A stretch of DNA of 42,427 nt from an uncultured Myxococcales bacterium (GTDB lineage Bacteria; Myxococcota; Kuafuiibacteriia; Kuafuiibacteriales; Kuafuiibacteriaceae), in assembly GCA_964519665.1 (NCBI GenBank), contig CAZFIV010000059.1:1-42427 (forward strand), written 5' to 3'. The translations under genes were made by a program, and so were the position numbers. The notes under the pieces were generated by a model. That model had not been told where the DNA came from and did no database searches. It was given only the letters and a program-made list of their open reading frames with translations. Below, one piece after another: positions 1 to 9,689 of this stretch. How positions within the stretch are numbered: position 1 is the first letter of the stretch; the number at the start of each line of letters is the position of its first letter.

Positions 1-60
1 AGCGCCCAAAGTCCGCTTCTTTGTCACGCTTCGCTCGGAGCAAGTCTCCTAGAGGCGCGT

Positions 61-1095
61 TCAGAACGCCGAACGGCCGGCGAGGATGTCGGCCGCGCGC
101 TGGGTGAGCCGGTCGACGCCTTGGGTGAACCGGGCGAGGTTTTCGGGAATCGAGCTGCCCATAGCGGCCGCGGCGTAGCGCGCATGGACCCCTTCGAGTA
201 TGCAAGCGAGGCGCCAGTATGCGAACGCAATGAAGTACTCCAGATCTTCGACTTCGCGACCCGCGGCTTCGCGGTATGCGTCGATGATCCCCCTTCGATC
301 TGCGAAGCCGTCGACCACGGTCGGCGGATCGTCGAGCGGGAAGAACTCGTCGGTCGGCTCGGCCCAGTAGACGATCAGGCCGCCCACGTCGGCCCGAACG
401 TCTCCGAGGGTACAAAGCTCCCAGTCGAGGACGGCGGCGACATGGCCTTGCTCGTCGATGATGCAGTTGTCGAGCCGGTAGTCGCCGTGGACGATCCCGG
501 CCGCGCCTTGCTCGGGGATCCGGTTCACCAGCTCGGCGTGGACCTGCTTCAACAACGGCAATTCTCGTTTCGACAAGCCTTCGACCTGCCGGGCCCACCG
601 GCGCAGCTGGCGAGCGACGTAGTCCGCTTTCTTGCCCAGGTCGCTCAGGCCCACATCGTCGGGGGATAAAGCGTGCAGCTTAGCCAAGACTCTCACCAGA
701 TCGACGCTGGCGGTCTTGCGGACCTCGAGCGGCAGCCTCTCGGCGATGGATGTGTTGCGAGCGACGGTTCCGTCGACGAAGTCCATCACGTAAAATGGAG
801 CCCCGTTCACCGTTTCGTCGGTGCACAGGCCGACGAGGGGCGGGACGGGCACCCCCGACCCGCCGAGGGCCGAAACGACCTTGTACTCGCGGCCCATGTC
901 GTGCGCCGTAGCCAGCACGCTGTTCAGCGGTGGACGCCGGAGCACCCATTTGCGGCCCTCAGTATCGGTGACTCGGAAGGTCAGGTTGCTGTGGCCGCCG
1001 GTGATGAGCTCGAAAGTGAGCGGGGGGGCGATCTCGACCTGCGTTTGCATCCACGCGGTCACCTGGGGTTGATCGATGCCTTCTACGGTCGACAT
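61..1095 (-). CDS. phosphotransferase enzyme family protein (aminoglycoside-phosphotransferase/choline-kinase-like fold)
   Basis: 344-aa ORF with kinase catalytic-loop motif HGDYRLDN followed by a Dxx-type Mg-binding segment (VLDWELCTLGD). Codon third positions are GC-rich as in the rest of the window. Confidence 0.8.
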   Translation of the reverse strand: MSTVEGIDQPQVTAWMQTQVEIAPPLTFELITGGHSNLTFRVTDTEGRKWVLRRPPLNSVLATAHDMGREYKVVSALGGSGVPVPPLVGLCTDETVNGAPFYVMDFVDGTVARNTSIAERLPLEVRKTASVDLVRVLAKLHALSPDDVGLSDLGKKADYVARQLRRWARQVEGLSKRELPLLKQVHAELVNRIPEQGAAGIVHGDYRLDNCIIDEQGHVAAVLDWELCTLGDVRADVGGLIVYWAEPTDEFFPLDDPPTVVDGFADRRGIIDAYREAAGREVEDLEYFIAFAYWRLACILEGVHARYAAAAMGSSIPENLARFTQGVDRLTQRAADILAGRSAF

Positions 1096-1239
1096 AGCGC
1101 TTCCCTTTCAGCGGCCCCGTTCGTCGACCGCGTCCGTCCGACATAGCTCGGCGCCCGATCGATGTCGACGCTGGGGGCGCCCATTGAGGTGACTTCCATC
1201 CGCCGCTTGCCCCACTGACAGCTCCATCGAGCGCATGCG

Positions 1240-2253
1240 ATGGAAGCGAACATGTCAGGCGTAGGAAGATCGGGACAAGGTAGCGGCGACGGGATCGTCA
1301 CCGCCCCCGCGACAAGCACACGACTCACTGACCCCGAGCACACCGAGGCAGTCCCCTCCGGAACGTCGCCGGGCCGGCTGCCGGTGGACGAGGGCGATGG
1401 GTTCGAACGTCGGGCCGGGCCTCCGGCCGAAGGAGCCGAGTCCTCGGTGGCGCGGAAAGACGAAGTCGCAGCGACCGCCTTGGCTCGAGCCGAGCATCGG
1501 CACACGACCATCTTCGTCCACGGCATCGAGATGCAGGTCGAGTACGATCCGGCGTGGGCCTCGAAGTCCGACGTGGCGGCGGTCGAGCGCGGTCTGAACC
1601 GCTATCCACCCCGGTGGATCCGCGGGGCCGTCGCGGAAGGCAAGAAGCGCGGCGAAGACGCACCGCGCATCCGCATGGTGAGCGACGACGGTATGGGGGT
1701 GAACAATCCACCCGAAGGGCGGTACACCCCCGAAGACAACGTCATTTACCTCAACATGGAGAAGTTCAACGACCCACAGCAGCGGTCCTTTCTGAAAGAC
1801 GCTGAAGGTACCCACTTCAGCGGGCAGGCGTGGCTCGAACGCACGGCGATCCACGAGTTCGCCCACTACCTCGATGACGCCGGCACCAAAGACACTCGGC
1901 AAGGCTTCGACGAAATGGCCACGTTCGTAGGGCCGTGGAAGCAGCGCGGACCCGGTTTGCCGCCATACCGCGACATGGCGCCGGGCAAGTTCCGTCGAGG
2001 GGTCATCGACCGTAACGCCACCCAGCAGACGCCGGGCGCCTACGTGACGGAGTACGACCGCCGAACCAACCAGGGGCGGTCGGCCATGAGCACCAGCGAA
2101 CACGAGACATTCGCCGAAATTGTTACCGTATCGGTGCTCGGGGGCCCTGATAAGCGGGAAGAACTGCTTGCGAACCCGGAGCTGAAGGGCCTCGCTGAGG
2201 CCGTTTATCAGTACCTTGATCGCGGCGCCGACCCTGATCAGCTCTCGAACTGA
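1240..2253 (+). CDS. hypothetical protein with HExxH zinc-metallopeptidase-like motif
   Basis: 337-aa ORF containing TAIHEFAHYLDD (HExxH). The overlapping antisense ORF 1255..2103 is Arg/Gly/Pro-rich and treated as an artefact. No other recognisable domain. Confidence 0.5.
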   Translation: MEANMSGVGRSGQGSGDGIVTAPATSTRLTDPEHTEAVPSGTSPGRLPVDEGDGFERRAGPPAEGAESSVARKDEVAATALARAEHRHTTIFVHGIEMQVEYDPAWASKSDVAAVERGLNRYPPRWIRGAVAEGKKRGEDAPRIRMVSDDGMGVNNPPEGRYTPEDNVIYLNMEKFNDPQQRSFLKDAEGTHFSGQAWLERTAIHEFAHYLDDAGTKDTRQGFDEMATFVGPWKQRGPGLPPYRDMAPGKFRRGVIDRNATQQTPGAYVTEYDRRTNQGRSAMSTSEHETFAEIVTVSVLGGPDKREELLANPELKGLAEAVYQYLDRGADPDQLSN

Positions 2254-2256
2254 GCG

Positions 2257-3144
2257 TCATCCGAGCAGCAGCAGGGCGGTGCCGGTCACGAGCAGACCCG
2301 AAGCGAACCATTCGCGCGGCCCTACGGTTTCGCTGAACAGAAACCGGCCCAGAACCAGCGCAGCGGTGGCGCCGACCGCGCGCTTCACGGTTTCGATGAC
2401 GCTGACGAAGGTTTGGGTCACTGCGAAGTTCTGAAGCGCAGAGGCGATGGCCATCACCGCGCCCGCCAGAAGCAACAGCATGATCGACGCCCGCAGGGCG
2501 GGCCACGGGTTCTCGCCCCGATCACCGACCGGTCGCACTACCAGGCCAAACGTGAGCGCAACGCTGAGGCCAATGGTCTGAACGAAGCCGTGCATGGGAA
2601 CCGAGACGAAGCGCAGGGCGGCCTTGTCGACGGCTGAACCCAGCGCCCAGGCGAAAGCGACGCCCAACACCAAGAGCGAACCGGATTCGAATCGAAAAAG
2701 AGCGGGCTGGGCGTCGGCAGACCGGTTGCGAAGCGCGAGCAGAACCGACCCGGCGACCACCACCAGGATTCCGCAGATTTGGGCCGGGCGCGGCCACTCG
2801 CCGAGGAGCGTGGCCGCGGTCAGGACGGAAACGGCGGGCGTCACCGAAAGGATGGGCACGGTCCGGCTGAGCGACCCGATCTCGAGCGCCCGGATGAAGG
2901 CGAGATTGGAGCCGAGGGCAATAATGAGGGTTGCAGCGCCGGGGGCCGCGTATCCGGTCCAGTCCCGTTCACCCGGACGCGCGATGACCGCGGCCGCGAA
3001 CAGCGGGATCTGGCCGACCACCAGAGCCCACAGAAGGGCGGTCGCCGACATTCGATGTGCAAGGCGCTTCCGAAGCACATCGAGCGCCGCCCACCCTAGG
3101 GCCGCCCCGAATCCGGCGACGATCCCGAGCCATGCCTCACCCAC
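2257..3144 (-). CDS. EamA/DMT-family (drug/metabolite) transporter
   Basis: 295-aa polytopic membrane protein with about 10 hydrophobic helices in two homologous halves and Gly/Ala-rich helices typical of EamA repeats. Convergent with the HExxH gene. Confidence 0.7.
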   Translation of the reverse strand: MGEAWLGIVAGFGAALGWAALDVLRKRLAHRMSATALLWALVVGQIPLFAAAVIARPGERDWTGYAAPGAATLIIALGSNLAFIRALEIGSLSRTVPILSVTPAVSVLTAATLLGEWPRPAQICGILVVVAGSVLLALRNRSADAQPALFRFESGSLLVLGVAFAWALGSAVDKAALRFVSVPMHGFVQTIGLSVALTFGLVVRPVGDRGENPWPALRASIMLLLLAGAVMAIASALQNFAVTQTFVSVIETVKRAVGATAALVLGRFLFSETVGPREWFASGLLVTGTALLLLG

Positions 3145-3218
3145 GCCGACCCGTTGATGCCTGCCCCCCGCCAGATCAAGCGGAATCGGTCATAAGATTG
3201 GCCCCGCGCAGCGCGCGG

Positions 3219-3268
3219 AGCGGGCGTAGTCGGGTGGTCGCGATTCATTCGCGCCCGGGCCCCGCTGA
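3219..3268. repeat. single dispersed copy of REP-like hairpin element (core agtcgggtgg-t-cgcgattcattcgcgcccgggccccgctg)
   Basis: Near-identical to the core of the 73-bp tandem unit at 24508..24705 and contains the GC hairpin cgcgattcattcgcg. It lies in the intergenic gap between the porB stop (3273) and the DMT gene start (3144). Confidence 0.7.
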
Positions 3269-3272
3269 ATCC

Positions 3273-4184
3273 CTATGCGGTTACGTCCGCCCAGTAGGCA
3301 TCGACTCGGTCCTGTATCCGCGCCAGCTCTTCGTCGTTGCGAACGGGCTCGAATAGGTGTCGAAACCGCCCCTGGGGGGACAGGTACTGCTCTACCGGAA
3401 TCCGCGGGTTCGGGATTCGCGTATGACGGATACCGCCGTTTTGCCACACCTTGAGGGGGAAGACGCCCGTCCGAACGGCCAACCGACCCAACTCGATCGA
3501 ACGCGACGGCTCGTAGTGCCATCCGGTGGGGCACGGAGCCAGCGCGATGAACATCTTGGGGCCTCGAATGGCCTTGGCCGCTTCGACCTTGCGCGCGACG
3601 TCGACCGGTTCGTTGCCGATGATCGTGGCTAGATACGCGGGCCGATGGGCCGCCCAGATACTGAAGAGGTCTTTCTTTTCGCCCGCGGCGCCCAGGACGT
3701 CGGTCGTCGTGCGAGCAGCGTGCGGGGTGGCCGCCGACGTTTGCTGGCCGGTATTGCCGTACCCTTCATTGTCGTAGCACAGCGTGTAAACGTCGAGCCC
3801 GCGATCCATGGCTGCGCTCGTCGCGGCCAGGCCCATACCGGTGGCGGAACCGTCGCCGGTGAGGACGACGACGTGCAGGTCTTCGTCGCTGGATAGGCGT
3901 CCTTTGGTTATCAGGACATCCAGGGCATCGCGCACGCCTTGCGCCCCGGCCGATGCGCTTGCCATGGCCGTATAGAGCCACGAGCTGTGAAACGGCGTAA
4001 ACGGGTAGACCGCGAGGAGCGTCATGCAGCCGGCGGCGTTGACGAAGACGGTGTTGGGGCCGAGCACGTCATAAAACGACCTGAGAACCTCGAGCCCTCC
4101 GCACCCCGCGCACATCGGTGTGCCCGGTTCGAGCAAGTGTTCTTTCGGTAGGTCTTTGAGGCTTCGGTAGGTCGTGGTGATCAT
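3273..4184 (-). CDS. porB: 2-oxoacid:ferredoxin oxidoreductase (pyruvate-ferredoxin oxidoreductase type) beta subunit, TPP-binding
   Basis: 303 aa with an N-terminal Cys cluster (CAGCGG...AAGC) and the TPP motif VVLTGDGSATGMG...YDNEGYGNTGQQ. The start overlaps the porA stop by 4 nt. Confidence 0.85.
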   Translation of the reverse strand: MITTTYRSLKDLPKEHLLEPGTPMCAGCGGLEVLRSFYDVLGPNTVFVNAAGCMTLLAVYPFTPFHSSWLYTAMASASAGAQGVRDALDVLITKGRLSSDEDLHVVVLTGDGSATGMGLAATSAAMDRGLDVYTLCYDNEGYGNTGQQTSAATPHAARTTTDVLGAAGEKKDLFSIWAAHRPAYLATIIGNEPVDVARKVEAAKAIRGPKMFIALAPCPTGWHYEPSRSIELGRLAVRTGVFPLKVWQNGGIRHTRIPNPRIPVEQYLSPQGRFRHLFEPVRNDEELARIQDRVDAYWADVTA

Positions 4185-5410
4185 GACATGCCCTCCGCGG
4201 CGCCCGCGACCACCATGGCCTTCTTCGTGATCAGCAGGTCGTCCTCCGTGAACATCAAGCGGGGCGGAGGCGTCCGCCCGGTTTCGGCCGCGCGGCGCGC
4301 CTCTCGAAAGACTTCGACGAGTTCAGGCACCGGCAGGTCACGCCCCCCGAGCCCGCCGATGAACGACAACAGCAGCGGTGCCGTCGGACCGTAGAGCGCC
4401 GACGCGATCTCAGGGAACAGGACGCCTCCCTTGCCGAGCGAGATGTTCTGGTCGATGACCGCGACCGCGCGGCACTGACCCAAGCACCGGCGGATCTCAT
4501 CATCGGGGAAGGGGCGTAGCAGCCTCGGCCGGAGCAGGCCGACGCGCCACCCTTCGTTCCGAAGGACGTCGACGGCTTCCTTGGCTTTGGTGGCAAACGA
4601 GCCGAGCATGACGATCGCGAGTTCGGCGTCTTCGAGTCGATACGTTTCCACCGACCGGTGGAGTCGGCCGAAGCGGGCTTCGAACTCGGCCGCGACCTCG
4701 TCGTACACGTCTAGTGCCGCTCGCTGGGCCAGGTGTGCCTGGTAGCGGAAGTAGGAATACATGCTGCCGCCGAGCACGGCGACCGCCTGCGAGCGGTGGG
4801 CCTTGGCCGAGAAGAACGTTTCACCACGGTCGAACGCCCCAACAAAGTCTGCGGCCAACCGATCGTCCACCAGTTTGCATGGCTCGCGGGTGAACGACAG
4901 ATAGAACCCATCGAGGTTGACGATGACCGGGAGCCGGACCTGGCGGTGCTCGGCGAGACGGTACGCCATCAGCACCGAGTCGGTCACCTCTTGCACGGTC
5001 GAGCAGTGAATCTGCAAGCAGCCGCTGTCTCGGGCGGCCAGAACGTCGCAGTGATCGGGTTCCAGGGTGACCGGCGCGGCCAACGCCCGAGAGACGTTCA
5101 CCACCACGAGCGGAACCCGCCACCCGGCGATATTGTACAGCATCTCGAAGCCGTACAGCAGGCCTTGGCTCGAGGTCGCGGTGAAGACGCGGGCACCGGT
5201 GGCCGCCGCTGCTCCGGCCGCGGTGAGCATCGAATGCTCGGACTCCAGCATGGTCAGGCGTGCGTCCATCTGACCCTTGCTGATCCAAGCCGATAGCGTC
5301 TCGATAATTTCGGTCTGGGGGGTAATGGGAAAAGCCGGAATATAGTCGACCTGGGCGAGCCGAGCCCCCCAGGCGGCGGCGCCGTTGCCGGTCTGCAGCG
5401 TACGGGTCAT
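4181..5410 (-). CDS. porA: 2-oxoacid:ferredoxin oxidoreductase alpha subunit
   Basis: The track ORF is 4181..5473, but the likely start is the internal Met (MTRTLQTGNGAAAWGARLAQVDY...) at 5410, overlapping the upstream stop as ATGA. The sequence has the typical POR alpha features (YPITPQT-like FPITPQTEI, GxxA motifs). Confidence 0.8.
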   Translation of the reverse strand: MTRTLQTGNGAAAWGARLAQVDYIPAFPITPQTEIIETLSAWISKGQMDARLTMLESEHSMLTAAGAAAATGARVFTATSSQGLLYGFEMLYNIAGWRVPLVVVNVSRALAAPVTLEPDHCDVLAARDSGCLQIHCSTVQEVTDSVLMAYRLAEHRQVRLPVIVNLDGFYLSFTREPCKLVDDRLAADFVGAFDRGETFFSAKAHRSQAVAVLGGSMYSYFRYQAHLAQRAALDVYDEVAAEFEARFGRLHRSVETYRLEDAELAIVMLGSFATKAKEAVDVLRNEGWRVGLLRPRLLRPFPDDEIRRCLGQCRAVAVIDQNISLGKGGVLFPEIASALYGPTAPLLLSFIGGLGGRDLPVPELVEVFREARRAAETGRTPPPRLMFTEDDLLITKKAMVVAGAAEGMS

Positions 5411-6342
5411 GACCAAGCCTCCTGTGTGTCTGCCACGGCTTCCGCGCGCAGCTGAATGGCGTGATGCGGACACTGGACCGCACAGATTGCGCAGCCCTTA
5501 CAGTGGTCGAGGTCGATCGTCGGTGGGGATCCGTTTTCGACCCGAATGGCTCCGTCGGGGCAGAAACTGCTGCACACCCACCAACACTGACGGCATTGCT
5601 CGGGCTCGATCACCGGTCGCACCGTTCGCCACAGCCCCGTCCGAACCGCGGTCGACGTCGCCTCGGCGAAGATCGATGGCGTAGCGGCTTTGCCGTGTGT
5701 GGCCTCGACGTCGATCCAGGCGGGTGGTCGAAGCTGAAGCGCGGCCCGGTCGTCGCGAGGAGACAGAGGTGTATCGCCTCCGAGCTCGTCGTATCCCAAT
5801 TCGGCCGAACGGTACCCATCCCGAAGCGATGCTTGGCCGAGTGGTGCGATCTCATCGCGGACCGCATCCATCAAGGTGGTGCGCGAGATGACGCCGACCC
5901 ACCGAGCGGCGGCGGCGGCCATCGTCAAGCTGCTTTGCTTGCCGGCGCGGCCACAGGCGACGGTGACGATCGGTCCCGGCAAGCGGAGTCGCTCCCGCCA
6001 CAGGTCGGCGGAAGTCTCGGTGGCGACCAGGAGACCCGTATGGGCGTCGATGCCTTGCAAGACGCCGGCGGCCGAAACCGCCATGAGCGTGTCATCGACG
6101 ACAACGACCAGATCGGGCTCTCGAATAATGCCGCGCTCGAAGACCGACCCGTGGCGAGCACGGACGTAGGCAAAGATGGGCGCACCTCTCCGTTCGGCGC
6201 CGTAGCGGGGGGCGTCTTGCACATCGTAGCCCTCCCGGAAGAACGCGCTTCCGAGGACCCGACTGGCGGTCTTGACGCCTTGGCCTCCCCGACCATGAAA
6301 TCGAACTCTGAACATGTCACCTCCGACGGGTCTCGGATCCAT
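5407..6342 (-). CDS. porGD: 2-oxoacid:ferredoxin oxidoreductase fused gamma-delta subunit (delta = 2x[4Fe-4S] ferredoxin domain)
   Basis: 311 aa. The N-terminal gamma-subunit signature is FHGRGGQGVKTAS, and the C-terminal part carries two CxxCxxCxxxCP clusters (CRQCWWVCSSFCP, CKGCAICAVQCP). Confidence 0.8.
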   Translation of the reverse strand: MDPRPVGGDMFRVRFHGRGGQGVKTASRVLGSAFFREGYDVQDAPRYGAERRGAPIFAYVRARHGSVFERGIIREPDLVVVVDDTLMAVSAAGVLQGIDAHTGLLVATETSADLWRERLRLPGPIVTVACGRAGKQSSLTMAAAAARWVGVISRTTLMDAVRDEIAPLGQASLRDGYRSAELGYDELGGDTPLSPRDDRAALQLRPPAWIDVEATHGKAATPSIFAEATSTAVRTGLWRTVRPVIEPEQCRQCWWVCSSFCPDGAIRVENGSPPTIDLDHCKGCAICAVQCPHHAIQLRAEAVADTQEAWS

Positions 6343-6484
6343 TCAAGAATCGGACCCATGGGGGACATAAACGGCCTCGAGAGACTGGTTTCACCCTGGT
6401 AACGGGACGTTGGAAAAGCGACGTATTCAGGTGCGTTCAAGGTCAAGATCACCCGTAGCCGACGTGATGTTCACAGCGGAATGA

Positions 6485-6817
6485 TCAGGGGGCTCCCCAG
6501 TAGGTCGTAGAAACGACGATCGATGATCGCTCCTTCGGGAGCCGAAGACGGCAAGCCAACCTGACTTGAGGGCTGGCCTCGGCAAAACGATCGAGCAATG
6601 CTCGCTCGTCCGGAGCCGCCGATGGAAGCTCTTCCACCTCGTCTTCGACATATACCCAGCATTGCCCGCAGATAGTGCTACCTCGGCAAGAGGTTCGAAT
6701 GGGCAGCCCGAGGCGCTCGAGCGCTTCGTAGAGGGTCTCTCGGTGACCCACCGGGACCTTCCGAACCACTTGTTGCGTGCGGCGGTTCATTAAAACGAAG
6801 TGAGGGACAGCGACCAT
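6485..6817 (-). CDS. [2Fe-2S] ferredoxin-like protein
   Basis: 110-aa ORF with the Cys pattern CRGSTICGQC...C(34)C characteristic of 2Fe-2S ferredoxins. It sits directly upstream of the POR operon on the same strand; the start may be the internal Met at 6790. Confidence 0.6.
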   Translation of the reverse strand: MVAVPHFVLMNRRTQQVVRKVPVGHRETLYEALERLGLPIRTSCRGSTICGQCWVYVEDEVEELPSAAPDERALLDRFAEASPQVRLACRLRLPKERSSIVVSTTYWGAP

Positions 6818-6955
6818 ACCGAACGATGATCCGGACCATATCCCGTTGCAACTCGCCCGTCACCCACTGGAAAGGGTGTAGCACGAGGCGGTATCGAAAG
6901 GACCAACCTCGTTTCCGAATCGTGACGTGTCAGCAGTCAGGACCGTGAAAGCTGA

Positions 6956-9538
6956 TTGGCGAACGGTTTGCACGGGAACGCTTCAATGAAAGCGGCGCTT
7001 CGTCCCGACGAGCTTCGTCGTCCCTGCCGGGCAGCCGACCACGAGTGCTTTCGAGCTGACCAACAATCGTTCGCCGAGGCCACAGTAGGACAGCCCCGAG
7101 CGGTCCGCAGCCTCGAGCTCGGTATTCGCATCGACTCGCCGGGCTACAACATGTTCGTGACCGGCCTATCGGGTTCCGGTCGAACTCACACGATCCGAGA
7201 GCTCCTCCGCCGTTTGCCGACCCCCCACCGTCGGGGCCACGACCGGGTCTACGTGCACAACTTCGAGGACCCATCCCGCCCGAAGCTGCTCACTTTCGTC
7301 CGGACTCAGGGTGTCCGCTTCAAGCAAGCGCTTCGTGAGATGGTCGAGACGGCGACCGAGCGCATCCCACAGATCCTGGACGAAGATGTGTATCAACAGC
7401 GCCGGCAGGCGATCACCGAACAGGCTCAAAGCGAAGAAAAGGCGCTCTTTCAGGCCCTGGAAGCCCGGATCCGCGAAGATGGGTTTCGTCTGATCGTGTT
7501 GCAAGGAGGTCCGATTCCGATACAAGCGATCGTGCCGGTGATCGATGGCAAGCCGATTCCGATCGAGGCGCTGCGGGCGGATCCCGAAGCGCGAAGCGCC
7601 CTCCGAGTGCAGAAGGTTCGCGAGCTACGGGTGGCGCAGCGACCGTCGCCGGAGGACGACGCGACCCTCGAAGCGCTGGTCAACGAGGCCATCGAAGACT
7701 TCGAGCGCCGACAGACCGAGCACCGCCGAGCCCTGGAAGACGCAGGCAAAGCCGCCCGGAGAATCGCTCGCCGAGCGACTTCGGCGCTTCTCGAGCTGGA
7801 GCGAAGTACGGTCCGGCGCGCCGTGGAAGGTCTGGTTGGCGATGTCAAAGCGGAGTTCGACGGCGAGGTGGTTTCGAAGCATCTCGATGCTTTGCTCGAG
7901 CACATGATGGCTCACCCTTCGCTGTTCGTACCCAGCGCGGGCCCGGAACCCCGACCGTCGCCGTCGGGTTCTTCGACGCTGGAGGCTACGCCCGAGCCGT
8001 TGGCCATCTACGGCGCGAACGTCATCCAGGAGGTCACCGGGGCCGATGCGCCGGTCATCGTCGAGCGGCACCCCACGCTCTCGAACGTGTTCGGTACCGT
8101 AGAGCGGGACGTCCTCGCGTCGGGGGCGGTGACCACGGACTTTACGAAGATTCGACCCGGAGCGTTGTTGAGGGCCGACGGTGGGTTCCTGATCATGTAC
8201 GCCCGCGACGTTCTGGCCGAGCCGGGCGTATGGCGAAACCTCATGCGGACCTTGCGTTCGCGGCAGCTCGAGATCCAGCGACCCGATTCGGTCCTGTATC
8301 TGCTTCCTTCGTCGGTGAAGCCGGACCCGATCGATATCGACGTGAAGGTCATCTTGATCGGTGACGAATACCTCTATCAGTTGCTGGCCTACTACGAGCA
8401 AGACTTCCTGAAAGTATTCAAGGTGAAGGCTGAGTTCGACTCGACCATCGAAGGTGATGCGCGGGGCACCTCGGAGTTTGCCGACGTGATTCGGGGGTTC
8501 GTGAGCCAGGACGATCTTCGGACGTTGGCGTCTGATGGTTGGGAGGCCCTCGCCGAACAAGCAGCTCGCCTCGCCGGCCACCGCGAACGGCTGTCGACTC
8601 GGTTTGGCGATATCCAGGATATCTTGAAGGAAGCCGACTATTGGGCGTGGTCGACCGGCGCGACGCAGATCGGTCGGGAGGCGGTCGACACCGCGATCCG
8701 CGAGATGCGGGGCCGACATCAACTTCTGTCCGATTTAATGACCCGCCAGATTCAGGAAGAGGTCGTCTTGATCGATACTCAGGGGTCGCGCATCGGTCAG
8801 ATCAACGGGCTGGCGGTCTTCGGCTCCGGAATTCACCGATTCGGCAAGCCGACCCGAATCACCGCGGCGATCGGCGCGGGCCGCGGCGGTCTCATCAACA
8901 TCGAGCGAGAGGCGCATCTGTCGGGTCCGACCCACGATAAGGGGATCCTGATCCTGGCTGGATACCTTCGTTCGAAATACGGGCGGGAGACGCCGCTCGC
9001 GCTCACCGCGTCGATCGCCTTCGAACAGTCTTACGGGGGCGTCGACGGGGATTCGGCCTCCTTGGCCGAGCTCTATGCGCTCCTCTCGGCGATCAGCCGG
9101 CGGCCGCTGCGGCAGTCGGTCGCCGTCACTGGATCGATCAATCAACGCGGAGACGTGCAAGCGATCGGTGGCGTCAACGAGAAGATCGAAGGCTTTTTCA
9201 ACCTGGCTCAGGCTCGCGGGCATTCGGGGCAGGGGTGCTTGATCCCGGTGGCGAACCAGCAACATCTTATGCTCGACCAGTCGGTTGTCGAAGCGGCCGA
9301 GCAGGGGCTTTTTTCAGTGTGGACCGTCGATTCCGTCGAAGACGGCATCGAACTCATGTTCGGTATCCCGCCGTCCGAATTGCACGCGTTGGTGCGTAAG
9401 CAGCTCGAGGCGCTCGCCGAAGTCTCGAATGGCGAGCCCTCGGTGCAGCGTATCGATCCGGCTCGGCCGTACCGCGACGAACCACCTTCGGTCCCTGAGG
9501 ATCCGAAGCTCCCCGGTCCCAGTCGAGTCGACGACTAA
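6956..9538 (+). CDS. Lon-like ATP-dependent protease (N-terminal AAA-like domain plus C-terminal S16 Lon proteolytic domain)
   Basis: 860 aa. The C-terminus has the Lon catalytic Ser-Lys dyad context GGVDGDSASLA...VAVTGSINQRGDVQAIGGVNEKIEGF. The N-terminus has a P-loop-like GLSGSGRT; the start could be one of the downstream Mets. Confidence 0.75.
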   Translation: MANGLHGNASMKAALRPDELRRPCRAADHECFRADQQSFAEATVGQPRAVRSLELGIRIDSPGYNMFVTGLSGSGRTHTIRELLRRLPTPHRRGHDRVYVHNFEDPSRPKLLTFVRTQGVRFKQALREMVETATERIPQILDEDVYQQRRQAITEQAQSEEKALFQALEARIREDGFRLIVLQGGPIPIQAIVPVIDGKPIPIEALRADPEARSALRVQKVRELRVAQRPSPEDDATLEALVNEAIEDFERRQTEHRRALEDAGKAARRIARRATSALLELERSTVRRAVEGLVGDVKAEFDGEVVSKHLDALLEHMMAHPSLFVPSAGPEPRPSPSGSSTLEATPEPLAIYGANVIQEVTGADAPVIVERHPTLSNVFGTVERDVLASGAVTTDFTKIRPGALLRADGGFLIMYARDVLAEPGVWRNLMRTLRSRQLEIQRPDSVLYLLPSSVKPDPIDIDVKVILIGDEYLYQLLAYYEQDFLKVFKVKAEFDSTIEGDARGTSEFADVIRGFVSQDDLRTLASDGWEALAEQAARLAGHRERLSTRFGDIQDILKEADYWAWSTGATQIGREAVDTAIREMRGRHQLLSDLMTRQIQEEVVLIDTQGSRIGQINGLAVFGSGIHRFGKPTRITAAIGAGRGGLINIEREAHLSGPTHDKGILILAGYLRSKYGRETPLALTASIAFEQSYGGVDGDSASLAELYALLSAISRRPLRQSVAVTGSINQRGDVQAIGGVNEKIEGFFNLAQARGHSGQGCLIPVANQQHLMLDQSVVEAAEQGLFSVWTVDSVEDGIELMFGIPPSELHALVRKQLEALAEVSNGEPSVQRIDPARPYRDEPPSVPEDPKLPGPSRVDD

Positions 9539-9582
9539 CGGTTATCAGGGCGACTCGCTACTATCTGACGCTCTATCGAGAT

Positions 9583-9600
9583 CCCTCGGCTTCCCGAGGG
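9583..9600 (+). terminator. GC-rich hairpin (ccctcgg-cttc-ccgaggg) downstream of the Lon-like gene; candidate intrinsic terminator without U-tract
   Basis: 7-bp perfect stem with a tetraloop about 45 nt after the stop at 9538. No T-run follows, so its function is uncertain. Confidence 0.3.
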
Positions 9601-9689
9601 GGAATGTCCGACCACGTCAGGCATGTCTTTTCATATCCAGCCCCCCGACGTAGGCTACGCGCGGCCGGCTGCCGCTGGAGCTCTGATCG

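Noticed and set aside
1255-2103. Long antisense or overlapping ORFs throughout (for example 1255..2103, 7625..8722, 9573..10814, 13143..14204, 33638..34333, 35188..35880 and 36923..38569)
   Set aside because: They lie in frames opposite to genes with clear domains, are dominated by Arg, Pro, Gly and Ala, and lack motifs. These are typical stop-codon-poor artefacts of about 68% GC DNA.
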